From NCBI GenBank assembly GCA_051362555.1, contig CM120642.1, positions 8,742,001 to 8,806,000 on the forward strand: 64,000 bases of DNA, written 5' to 3'. Position numbers and translations under genes: made by a program. The notes under the pieces are model-generated. The model worked only from the letters and a program-made list of their open reading frames with translations. It ran no database searches and was not told the origin of the DNA. Origin of the DNA: Lingula anatina (lineage: Eukaryota; Animalia; Brachiopoda). Positions 22,501 to 34,258 of this stretch are shown here, piece after piece; the first letter of the stretch is position 1; every line of letters begins with the position of its first letter.

Positions 22501-25344
22501 CAATCAATCAAGTTCCCCAAGTGTTGTTATACTGGGTTTTCTCTATTTACTGGGATTCGATTGACCAATGTAAAATGATTCATTTGTAAAACCTTTTAAA
22601 ACTCCAAATATTATAATTATCCAAAATAAAAAACAACACCTTTTTTATAACGAACGAACATACACAAGGAAATAGGCACTCATCGAACAAGTCGATTCGT
22701 CGTGCCTGTAATATTGCACCTTTTTTTTAATTTTGCTGATTTGCAAAGTGGTGGGGGAGGGGGGGGGGAGAACACACGAAACTCACCAGAAGAACTAATG
22801 TTCACGGTCAGCTTGGCTCCATTAACCGTCGGCACCATTTCTCCGTTAACGAGGCCGGCGCTGTAGACGGTCCCTTGAACAACGTGGTACCTGAGCACAA
22901 GCCCCAGGGCCGTTACGTTACTCACGAGCTTGTTAAGAACGTCTGCAGGTAGTTTTTCGAACGCCTCATTAGTGGGGGCAAAAACTGTGAATGGCCCGGC
23001 ACCTGTAAAAAAAGAAAGTCGCTTAGGGAAGTACAGGTTAAATGATGTAAAGATTCTGGTTGTGGTGTGTTCAGACGTGGGGTATCTGAGACCGGAATCG
23101 GTCTACACGCATCAACAGAGGATCATAAAACAGTTGTAACTAACTTTGCTTTAAACATTCTGATCGCTGGTTCATCTAGACACCCGGTGACACAAGTTAT
23201 CTGATTTCTAATAAAAAAGAACTACCCTGAAGGCGGTTTAACTAAAGAACCGAGAGCTAAAACATCGAAGGACCACGTCCCTGCTTTGAAACGGTAATCA
23301 CACATATGAAAAACATATATTTCGGATGTAATGATAATAATAATAATAAAAGTGAAAATTAAACGTTACATTGTGAAAAAATTAAGGGAAGGTGTCCAAA
23401 TGTCTCCATCAACCCAATATTGGTTCAACTTACTTGAAAGTGTCCCAGCCAAATTCGCTTTAACTACCAATGATACCAGGGTACTAAAGTGTTTGTCACT
23501 TTTGGCCAGATCCACGATTGTCCCGGATGGAATAGGATACAAAACCTTGTCAACTACGTGGATGACTCCGTTTGTGGCATTTTGGTCAGCAAGATCAACC
23601 TTGCAGCCATCTGCAGTAATAACCTGAAACGCACGCGAAGCTAGCTTGTAGTTCAAAAAAGAGGAAGAACTCAGGAGAAAGATTAAAAAATTCTCATACG
23701 CCAGACGTTTTTATATGATAATGGCGTTTCAAACTAACACGATCATCATTCTATAAAGTTTATTCCGTTAAAACGGCTTTCGCACACTGCATACCTTGGT
23801 GTCGGTTCCATAGATATTTATCCTGATGGGAGAACCCTGTAGGGAATTTGCCGTCATGTCATTCTTCAACTGGCTGGAGAATACGTCACCACTGATCACG
23901 TGGTACTTGAGGACCTCCTGCAGAGCAGTGACATTTGACTTGAGCTGGTCAATGACTTTGTTTGGCAAGGCGTTGAATGCCTGGTTTGAGGGACCGAATA
24001 CTGTAAACGGCCCTAGAATTTGTGGGAAAATACGAAAAATAAGGCAATGTAAATAAATAGTTCTTAACGTCTTAATAAATGCTATCTTGATGCACAACCA
24101 TGACTACCCACATGAAGATTCATATACCAGTGATATCTGAAAAGTTTTAAGTCTCTTCATAGAAACCATGTTCTATGAAAGGAGTTGAGGCATGGTGAAA
24201 AGAAACCAGTGTCTGCGAGTTCACGCCTGTACTTTTGCGCCAGATGCTTAGGATATTTCGCTAACTTGACCAAAACACTATATGAAAGTGATCCCTTATT
24301 CAAATGGTCTATTACTCTATCTTAAAATTACTCCGTCGAAGAAGAAGGAACCTTTTGTGCGTGACGAGAATAAAAGAAAACATGATTTGACGCCATTTCT
24401 CCCAGTTTGTTGTGAATGGCAAGCAAGGTCCTACCTGGTCCACCCAATGCTCCTACGAGTCCAGCATCTTGAAGCAATTTGACCAACGTTGTAGCACCCA
24501 ACTTCGTAGCCAGCTGAACAATGTTTTCAGTCGGATTTGCCCGATGCTCGTCTAGTTGATCTAGGTTCTCAATAGGTTCAGCTAGGTTCTTGGTGTGTGA
24601 TTCCATTATTTTTTGCCGAAGCGCGGGAGGAAGGAGAACCTCGTCAATGGCATGGATAACACCGTTAGTGGTGGAAACATCAGCTATTACGACTCTGGCG
24701 GTGTTGACCAATACACCAGCTGGAGACAGGATTAAAATAAAATGTTCATGGTAATTTTGGATGGTTTATGAAACTTTAAAATCAACTTAACTGCTTTAAA
24801 AAATAACGGATTTTGAAATGCTATGCACTACAGCATATTCGTTATTTCAGCGATTATTTAGTTTTGATGACTCTAAATATTATTTGATGAGATGTTGACA
24901 GGGAATACTGCATTTACAATGAATTTGGCCAGGTTTAAGAGGTTGTAGTGACAATGCACAATTTCGGTTTTAAAATTGAATAATTCACATAATTACATCC
25001 AAAACGGGCGTGATGGAAAATTCAATATATTTTTACGACTAATGTAGTGAATATGTTTTGGATCAACAACACGCGGATAAGTTTCCAAACTCTCACCGTC
25101 GTGGTTAAGCTTGATAGTGACAGATTTTCCATTCAACGTCTTGACATCTCCGTTGGACAGGCCTGCACTGTAGAATGACCCGTTGACAACGTGGTATAGG
25201 AGGACCTGAGTCAGCTCGGTGACGTTGTGGAGAAGTCGGTCAAATGCTCCAGGAGGTAACTTACTGAATGCTTCGTTTGTAGGGGCGAATACGGTGAAGG
25301 GTCCTTTAGCTGTAAAGATATGGAACAAATTATCTTTCTGGATG

Positions 25345-25377
<33 letters not shown>

Positions 25378-27016
25378 GAAAATTAGAACAATTTTTGTTA
25401 AATTATGTATCTGAAGGCACTATGTTTCGGCTAATAATTATCTTCCGTTTTCAAAGAAATTCCCAATCTTCACAAAAGAAAAGTTTTAATTAGGATCTCC
25501 CTTCCAGTTTATTCTGAAGTCTTAATAAAATACACCAATGTTAAATTATTAAAATAAATGGGAGACGACTTTAAGAACGTCACGACAAATTCGATACGAA
25601 AACAGAAAAACGAAAGCACGGCGGTTAGCCGAGGTACTTCTCTCTCACCTGATAATGCACCGGTCAAGCTAGCCTTAGTTACGGCCAAAACGAGCGTCCT
25701 GAAGTCGTGGTTCGCCACTGCCGTACCAACTATTGTACCCACTGGGACTGGGAACAGGACCTTGTCCACCACATGAATAACCCCGTTGGTGGCGTTCTGG
25801 TCAGGCAAGATGACCTCGCACCCTGAGGCAGTGATCACCTGATTAATACACAGACAGAAAATATGGAAGTGTACAATTTACACTGACTGTTGGTAAATAA
25901 AGAAATAAGATTTTAACTCTTAACACATGCTTGTGTTGGTGCAAGATATAGGTTTTTAACTTTGTGTCACGAAAAACTTTGCCTGCAATGTAGCACTTAA
26001 AAATTGCAATCTAATAGCCAAAATTCTGAACATCTCTGAATAAGTAACAAAATCACGCACTTTTCCGTCTTTGTAAATGTTCACCCTGATCGGGGCACCT
26101 TGCAGTGAACTGGCAATCAGGTTGTTCTTCAGCTGACTGGAAAAAATGTCCCCAAGTATAACGTGATATTTCAGGACTTCCTGCAGCGCCGTTTTGTTCG
26201 CCATCAGCAGATCTAACACTGCCTTTGGTAGAGCCTTAAACGCCTTGTCAGTCGGCCCAAACACGGTGAAAGGGCCTAGAAATTATCAAATTTTGAAATT
26301 CATTTTATTTCACAGAAATTAGAATCGGAGAAAAGATAGTTGATATGAATATGTTTTGTAAGCTGAATGTGGCTTGTATTGATGTTTTTAATTGTTTTTT
26401 TTTTTTTTTTTGTGTTTAATGATTATCTCATTTTCTTGATATGATTGAGTAGTGTTCCTTTTTTTAGCTTAATCGGAGTTTGTCACAGCAGAGCAGTCGC
26501 ACCTAACACAATGTTGCTTATGCAAGCTTTTGTTGACACTATTTATCTATTGTCATAGATATGAAACATGAAAGACATTACGGCTAATGTTATGTTCTAA
26601 CAATAAACAATGACTGAATGCATTCCTGCTCTGTAACCCCTACAATACAATTGTTGGATCAAAATGGAGTATTCTGGCTGTAGACAGAGGAAACAACTGA
26701 GATGCTCTCCCCAATTCTATTCATTAAAGATCAAGCCCTACCTCTGCAAAAGCATGTCGGCCTGTTTCGGCCATGTCGCCTTACCTTTGCCTGACAGTGC
26801 ACCTTGAAGTCCTGCATCCTTGACAAGCTTGACCAGTGTCTTGGCCCCCAGTTTTTCGGCCAACTGGACAATGTTGCCCGACGGAGGAGCATGCTGCTTC
26901 AAAGTCAGGGGGTCAAGTTTTGTCTGGACGTTCTCTGACCAGTGCAGCCTGTGCAGCTCGGCACCGTGGCTACAGCAGGCCCAGAAACTCAGCAACACCA
27001 CTGCGACAAACTGCAT
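19521..27016 (-). CDS. Secreted fasciclin protein with six FAS1 domains (TGFBI/periostin-like), ~936 aa, 14 coding exons
   Basis: Exons (minus): 27016-26785, 26275-26061, 25838-25649, 25309-25097, 24719-24435, 24012-23795, 23623-23434, 23002-22787, 22487-22341, 22023-21898, 21504-21296, 20861-20672, 20206-19994, 19687-19521. All introns GT-AG, phases consistent, 2811 nt total. Signal peptide MQFVAVVLLSFWACCSHG; six copies each of H1 (GPFT[VI]F[GA]P), YHV and H2 (NGV[IV]H..[DN]). Confidence 0.9.
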
Positions 27017-27133
27017 TATGTGAACGAGAATATATCGTTTGGGGTTGCACCTGTAACCCGACACGTCTCAACAGGTCCTATGTGTGTTACCTGTACGACA
27101 ACTATGGCAATGTGAGCAGACCCGTGGAGCTGC

Positions 27134-27185
27134 TTTATATGAAATATGAACACGTGAGAGCACTCTTGCACTTTACATGCACGTG
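27134..27185 (-). promoter_or_regulatory. Putative TATA box and E-boxes of the FAS1 gene
   Basis: TATAAA on the minus strand at 27134-27139, ~120 nt upstream of the ATG; CACGTG at 27151 and 27180. Confidence 0.4.
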
Positions 27186-29351
27186 TCAGCACCTGCCCCT
27201 CCTGTTCGTTTATGCAACATCACCCCACCCCCTTTAAAATCACAAATACGCCCCATCATTGCTCAAATAAGTGTCTGGTGATTGTTTCGTAAGTTTTGAT
27301 AATGCACAGAGGTAAAATCAATATGAAATCTATAGAAGATTGTAGGCTAAGTACCCGTTGCCTGGCTTTGTTTGATTGTTTGGCGTTTGGGTTAAAAGGA
27401 CAACTGTGTGTGACGCGCTAAACATTTGAGAAGAGAAAAAAAGAATAAAATGAATATCGTGGAACAAAGAAAAAAAAACAATGAGGTGAAAGCTTAAAAA
27501 AAAAGAAAGGAAAATTTCTTTAAAGGTGTGCATCGTTGCTTTAATCAAAGGCACCCCTCTTTTCCCCACCCACTCAACCCTTTTCATTTCATTAAGAAAA
27601 CATCACTCGGAGGAAGTATTTGCAGTTGTAAATATTCATGAACATCTCTATAGAAAAAAAACGTTCCATTTAACCTAGGATCCAAAATAATTATTTTGGA
27701 TCCTAGATTTAACAATAGTATAGTCACGTGAAAGTGCACGACTTATGTAAGGAGGGGGTTGTGGTGTGGTTTATCAAGCTCACTGCACGTTGTTAAGAGA
27801 TACCCTAGTATCAGTTATCAAAGCCATGATACAGTTACCTCAGTTCACTCGAGATGAGCAAGGACATCCGAGATAAATGATTGATAACGTATTGGGATAA
27901 TCCAAGATTGTAAAGAGCATACATTTAGTATGATAAAACTACGTGAAACAATAACAAGTGGTTAGGAGGGGGGAGGGAGACAAAAGGAGGGATTTGTCAG
28001 TTTAGGCAAAGCAAGGCTTGAACGACCAGGAAGTGAAAAAAATCGTTCAGGCTCAAAATCGATATTGGTTTAAACAGGTTATTGTACGATTGCCGATTGA
28101 AGTCAGGGGAGGGGGAAGTATCAGTAGTAACAGTACTGGTATATCGCCCTTGGGACATGTGCTCGGCAGATCGCTGTTTATGTATTCCACGCTTATAGAA
28201 ACGTATTTGTGCTTCTGTGTTACTCCACGTGTCACATTTCAGTCTGTTGTTAATCTTGAACCCTGATTCCATAGTTGCTTTTGTCATTTTACCAGGTAAA
28301 AGAGACGGAAGTGAGAAGGATAATAACACAAACATGTTCTGTAAAAATCCTAAATCCTGTGCGAGTCTCATTTTTATAAATGCACTCAAATTTTGAAAAA
28401 TGGACAGCACAAAATCGCAGTTAAGTGCAGAGAAAATATAAGGGATGCCTCGCCAACTTCTTCGGCAAGTGCCCCTAATAACGGAGAGATTTCTTTGCTT
28501 AAATAGCTCAACAACTTTCTTTATCGCATACATATTTAATTTATTCAAATGGACTCCTTTGGACAATTTTTTTTCTGCTTAATAAATATCGTTATGATCA
28601 AAATAACAACTGACATCTTCTTTTGGGGGATCTGTACAATATCCTGTAATATAACTACACTTTTACGTAATATTATGAGACAGGACATATCCAACAATCA
28701 TGTCATTTATTTTTTTATATCAAAGACATACTGTAATAATGTTAACTACATGTAGTAGGAGTGTTTGACCATAAGTAACGGCCATGAATTAGCAATTTTA
28801 TGATATAATTTTTACTGACACGAACGTGGAGCTTTATATTTAAATGACATAGGCTACTGTTGCATGTGTTTCTACCTGAATAGATAGGCCTAATATGCAG
28901 ACTTGAATACACATCAAAAACTAGCTGAATAACCCCAGCAATATTTCGATACCTAAATGGATTCCTTTGTCAGATCCATAGTTCACCTGCACTAGTTTAA
29001 GCCCCATTAATACCGGGATAGTGATGGCCTGAATTCGTCTACATAACTTCAAATGCTTCTCTTTGAAAATTATTACAGTTTAACTTCCGTGGACATTTCT
29101 CAAAGTTTTAAGGAACTTTGCTATTAGGTTGTGAAGTATGTTTGGAATGCACCGCTCACCTGATGTCTTTGTTGTCATCAGAAGCGGCACACCCGTTAAT
29201 TTTTCAGAACACTGGTTCTCTGTACTTGCGATATTATATTTTCCCATACACGGATAGAACCCCATGCTACATTCTTCTAAGTGAAAGTTGTCATAGGAAG
29301 AGAGGAAAAGGGAGTGGGCTTGGTATTTGCTTCAGGGGCACCATTGTCTTT

Positions 29352-29390
<39 letters not shown>

Positions 29391-30482
29391 GTCATTATTA
29401 TTATTATTATTATTATGATCTTGAATGCCGTCCCTCAGATGATTTCCCATTTCTATAGTTTGAAATTAATGAGGCATGGGAATTCGTGTTTGCAGAAAAG
29501 ATGTTATGACGTCTGCCAAAATGATGCGATTTTCAATCATGTTATAGTCATTTATTGGAAGTCCGTGTTGCATTCTAAGAAGCAATCTAGTTAGTCAAAT
29601 ATTGAGATTCATGTTATTTTCTAGTTGTGTAATTTATATTTAGGTATCCAAATGTTGTTTTTTGAAATTGAAAGTGAAATCCAATATCCTACAATCATTT
29701 AACAAAGAGTCTATGTCCATTGATCTTTTTTTTTTTTTTTTTTTTTTTTTTGCAAAAGAGAAAATCTTGGATTTTGAACTTGTTTGTGCTTTTTTTATGC
29801 ATTTTGCAAAATTAAGTAGGCCTACCACGAGAATATTAAGATATTTAATAAGATATCTAAGAATCCACGAATTTTTGCATGATACATGAATATTAAAGAT
29901 AACCAATTTTTTTAAAAAGAAACTTGATTTATGTCGAATACATTCTTCACAAACGATTTCTTAAAGACGCATGTTATACACCAGGTTGAATTTCCATTTT
30001 GTCGAACACCCCAAGTAGCTTGTCGAAATACAGTCTAGCATTTTCATAGGTGCAAAATTTAAAAAATGTTTAAAACTACCGTAAAAAGTGGAAGCCTGCC
30101 ACCACGCATCTGGTGATTATCTTTGATGTTATCTCCAACTTTGGTTGAGTCAGATTTAATGACAATACAAGTATATCGTCATCTTTAAGAGAGTTTTTAT
30201 GGGTAAGCTATTTAGAAGATATTAATAGTCTGACTGCAGTGTTTGCTTGTTTTTTATAGTTTAAGTAACGTTATCTCATCTTTAAGGGAGTAAAGGAAAA
30301 CATGAGTTTCTGGCTGCTGTTTATAATATGATGTGTCCTTAAAGACCTTACAGAAAAAATGATTATTGTTACCACTGAAACCCTTAAAGGATAGGTTTTT
30401 TAATAGCTCTTTTTTTATCAGAGAAGGCGGACTTAGACAACCGCAAAAGTCTGGCTTGTGACCCTAAAAGTTGACAACATCC

Positions 30483-30488
<6 letters not shown>

Positions 30489-30532
<44 letters not shown>
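30489..30532. repeat. (GA)n microsatellite
   Basis: About 22 GA units. Confidence 0.95.
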
Positions 30533-30536
<4 letters not shown>

Positions 30537-30711
30537 ATTCAGAAGGTAAACAAATAAAAATGTATCAATTCTTTAGGACAACATGATGGAAATGAATAAT
30601 TGCCAGAACTGTGTCAAGCTGAACTTAAAATGGCATTACCGAAACGAAGACTACGTCGGATTCTTAGTATACATGTGCAATACTGTACGTATAGGGATTG
30701 AAAATATTTTA

Positions 30712-30748
<37 letters not shown>

Positions 30749-31699
30749 CATATGTTTAAATGATCAGTAATCCACTTTTATGAACTTTTATTAATTGTAC
30801 TTTTACAGGTGTAATTGCGAATAGATGATCCTCGGTGAAAGCAAGACCACTTAATCCCGCAATGGATTGAAAGATGGAGAGAAGACGCGTCGTCCCTGCA
30901 GGCCTATATTGCCAATGAGTAAAATAAATCCATTAAATTACAGTTTTTCTATTGGGTCTTCAGTAGAAATAAAGGTCTGGGTCTAAAAAGTTAAGAGTAG
31001 TTATCCATATTTCTCTAATATAAATACACAAATTCCCATTTAACATCAAATCGGCTATTCTATAATTATATTTTCAAAGTGAAATTTTTTTTGCGTATTT
31101 TAATTACATATTAATACATTATAATAAAATGAGCCGGAAGACAGAAGGAAGGACTTACTGCCCCCCCCCCCCCCCCCCCCCCAAACAATGACTTAATTCC
31201 TTTATTTCACAATGACTTCTATTTCAGTACTCTAAGCGAAAAATAACGAGAACAATTAATTTTTGAACGGAAATTCATGAATATCAAACCTGCAATTTAT
31301 GCTGGCAGCTACAAACAGACATCTGTGGACGTTTTTTATATGCATCTTTTCTCAAAACACCACATCCTTATGTGTACAAAAGAAACATGCACGTTATACC
31401 AGGTTGAAATTTGCGTCATATGAATATTATCGTGAACCTCACGTGAAAGCGAATGAATCATTTATTCAAAATTTAAACGTTTATTTCGACTGTCTTTTGT
31501 GCCAATTTGTCCCATTCCGATTCATTTTACGGCACGCTTCTTCAAATACGCATTTTGCATCCACCCAAGCGCCCACTCAGACACGACCACGTGCACGTGT
31601 GAATGCTAATGCTTACTGTTGAGAGAGGGAGGGAAGGAGGGAGGGAGGGAGGGAGAGGGGCAATTACACGGTTTAAGGGATAGAGGGGAAGCGACCGCG

Positions 31700-32195
31700 C
31701 CCGCCGGGATATCCGCCTTTATTGATCGCGATCCTGATGAAATGTTTTGGAAAGTTTACTCGGCAGTCTCTGGTTCTTCATGGAAGAATAAAACAACCAT
31801 TTATGGGCAGTGAAGGAGTGCAGAGCACGTAAAAAAAACTGCGTTCAGACTGTTCTTTTTTTTAACAATTGCTTATGGTTCCTGTCACGCGCTCTAGCAC
31901 CTAGCATTTTTCTTCCTTGAAAGTGGAATGTTCTTCTTTCATGTTCATTCATGCCTCTGCTTTTCTGAGTTCCCCGCAGGTTAGGATTTCCTACTTGCTA
32001 GACACGTGAATCGCTAAAATCGTCGCCAACCGTGACCGGACGACAAGATTGCCGGAACAAATTGAAAACTAAATAAATGTAGAAAAAAAATATGACCTCT
32101 CACCTTACCGTATTTATGTACACAGACGTATGCATGTGAAGTATTGCTTAATTCCTTCCTGATGCACCAAATTCGATGGTGAGCTATAAATAAAT
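31700..32195 (+). promoter_or_regulatory. Putative inducible promoter of cytokine-like gene A
   Basis: TATAAA 32185-32190; STAT-type TTCN3GAA at 31777-31785 (TTCATGGAA) and 31913-31921 (TTCCTTGAA); kB-like GAGTTCCCC 31967-31975 and AGGATTTCC 31983-31991. Confidence 0.45.
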
Positions 32196-32472
32196 TATAT
32201 ACTCACATTTGCATCCAGACAACATATAAATATTGCTGTTCATTTGTCCATCCACATGACTGAAAATCAACGACAAGTTTAAACCAGGCTTAACTTTTTT
32301 CTCTTATCAACCATTGGAGGAATATCTTTTTGACCAGCTAGAGTGAAGCTGAATATAGTTTTGGACGCAGAAAACACTGACGCAAAGTTCGAAGAGCTAG
32401 TTATTAAAAATTAAAATCGACAAAGTGCCTGAAGAATCTGTTTTAAATCCTAAAGAAGCGATATTTCTGCCG

Positions 32473-34258
32473 ATGGAACTTTCTGGTAAGTATACAAAAT
32501 TTTAAAAGCTATTTTATCTCATCTATTCATATTTTTTCTTTTTTTGTCATTCGTGACAGATGTCTGTTGTGAGGTGTTCTAATAGTGCATTAGTGCATTA
32601 AAACACTCTCAGCATGTTTAATATCCAAATGTGATTCTAAATATTAGCTTTCGCTATTTTGAAAGTAAAAACGTTCCACATTTGGTATAGATAATTCCTC
32701 AAAAGAAAATGGACATCTTTAGTAACATGCAATCGTCATGTTTTCATTTTTTTTTTTTTTTTTTTTTTTGCGATCATATCTTCGTAGCATACACTCTCGT
32801 AGTTAAGATTAAGATTAATTCTGAATATAAGTCAACAAAAATTCGTGGCGTGTTCTGATGTCTGTATTTCTGCCTTTTAAATAATTCATTCGACAGTTTT
32901 CATAGAAATATCCGGTGACACAGATTAATATCGCCCCGTGTTAATTCACGTCTATTACTGTAATAGGTGTACTCCTCCGATTTAACATCCTCATTGTTGC
33001 TGTCCTCATACTTGGCGATAGTAACTCCGTTGACGCGAGGTCCCTGCGTCGGCGACGTGCTCACGAGCCAGACAAGTCCCTTTGGTGGTACTGGCCCTGC
33101 CACGGAACAGCGCCTGTAGCCGGAGGCCCGGAACTTCCGAAGGTCCACCGAGAGTTGCACCTTCTTCGAGATGAAGTAATCGAACATTCCAAGCAGACGC
33201 GGGCACACGCTCTTGAACTGCAGAAAATGATTGTAAGTTGGTTTTGCTGTTTTGTTTCTTAACTGATTGGACTATTGATATTTTACAGCGAACTGTTTTT
33301 TTTTACATTTGTAGGCTGAAATATTGATTTTAGTTAAATAGTCAAGTACTGATAATTCAAAGTTATACAATGATAAACTAAATAGTAAAGGAAAAAGATC
33401 AAACACTTACAAATTTTGAAGCATTCATTATATACTACTCTATAATTCAAATACTGTCGAAATCTGAGACTCTTCAACATTTTGTAAACATAATGCATTT
33501 TGTTTCACTATTCAGAAATCCGAGCATTTCTCTTGGTATTCGAACGAAACAATCAGCTATTTTGCTCAAAATGCTGTTCCCGAAAGTCTTATGAAGTGTA
33601 ACCACCTAGCCGCAATGGACGTGTATACGAGTCTCCAAAAGTGGGGAGAGACCAGCCTCGATGCATACAAAACATATCAGGTAGGATTTTATATAAAATA
33701 TCTGTTTGATGGAATTTTTTTACTTACCACGTGCACACGTTGCTTAGAACATTTCTGGCTGGAACGTGTCGTGTTCTTATGTTTCTCATATCGCCTTAGC
33801 AGATGCAAAATCCATCTGATGCACGAATGAACAGAATTCTGTTTCTATATCAATATATATATATATATATATATTTTTTTTTTCATTTCAAGCTTCCCTT
33901 GTTGAGCGAAGCGTACGATTGCCTCAGCAGTTATGCCATTCACGTCCATCACATGGATAAGACGTTTTCAGCAGATCCATTAATGCCCCTCAGCGAAAAA
34001 TTGAAAGAGAAATCGGTGACATCCAAGCACATTTTGAAACAAACACTCGAGATCCTGTGCAGTCTAAAAGAGTTCATCTATGGTACCAGTGCCGAGAGAC
34101 AGCTTCGCTGGGAACTGCTCACTTTCCCCCGGGGTGATTTCAAAGGACAGGCAGATATTTCAATACCTGAAGGAAAGACAGAGAGATATCTGATGGAATG
34201 GAAAGTGATAAGTTTGCTTGAAAAGTACATGTTGGGGCTAAGTAAGGGGGGTGTTTAG
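32473..34258 (+). CDS. Secreted putative four-helix-bundle cytokine (Unpaired/IL-6-like), paralogue A, ~269 aa, 4 exons
   Basis: Exons 32473-32485, 32967-33232, 33516-33680, 33893-34258 (GT-AG, 810 nt, in frame). Protein: signal peptide MELSGVLLRFNILIVAVLILG..., furin-type RSLRRRR, SLWWYWPCHG, helical segments LHLLRDEVIEHSKQTRAHALELQKMI, LPLLSEAYDCLSSYAIHV, LKQTLEILCSLKEFI, RYLMEWKVISLLEKYMLGL. The paralogue at 38507-40109 supports the model. Confidence 0.8.

Noticed and set aside
19521-27064. The many short FAS1 ORFs as separate genes
   Set aside because: They splice into one continuous frame with a single signal peptide and a single stop.
27997-28566. 189-aa minus-strand ORF between the FAS1 and cytokine-like genes
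   Set aside because: No recognisable motif, splice framework or paralogue; cannot be supported as a gene.
32900-33208. Minus-strand ORFs of 102 and 66 aa
   Set aside because: Antisense shadows of exon 2 of cytokine-like gene A, whose plus-strand frame has splice sites and a paralogue.
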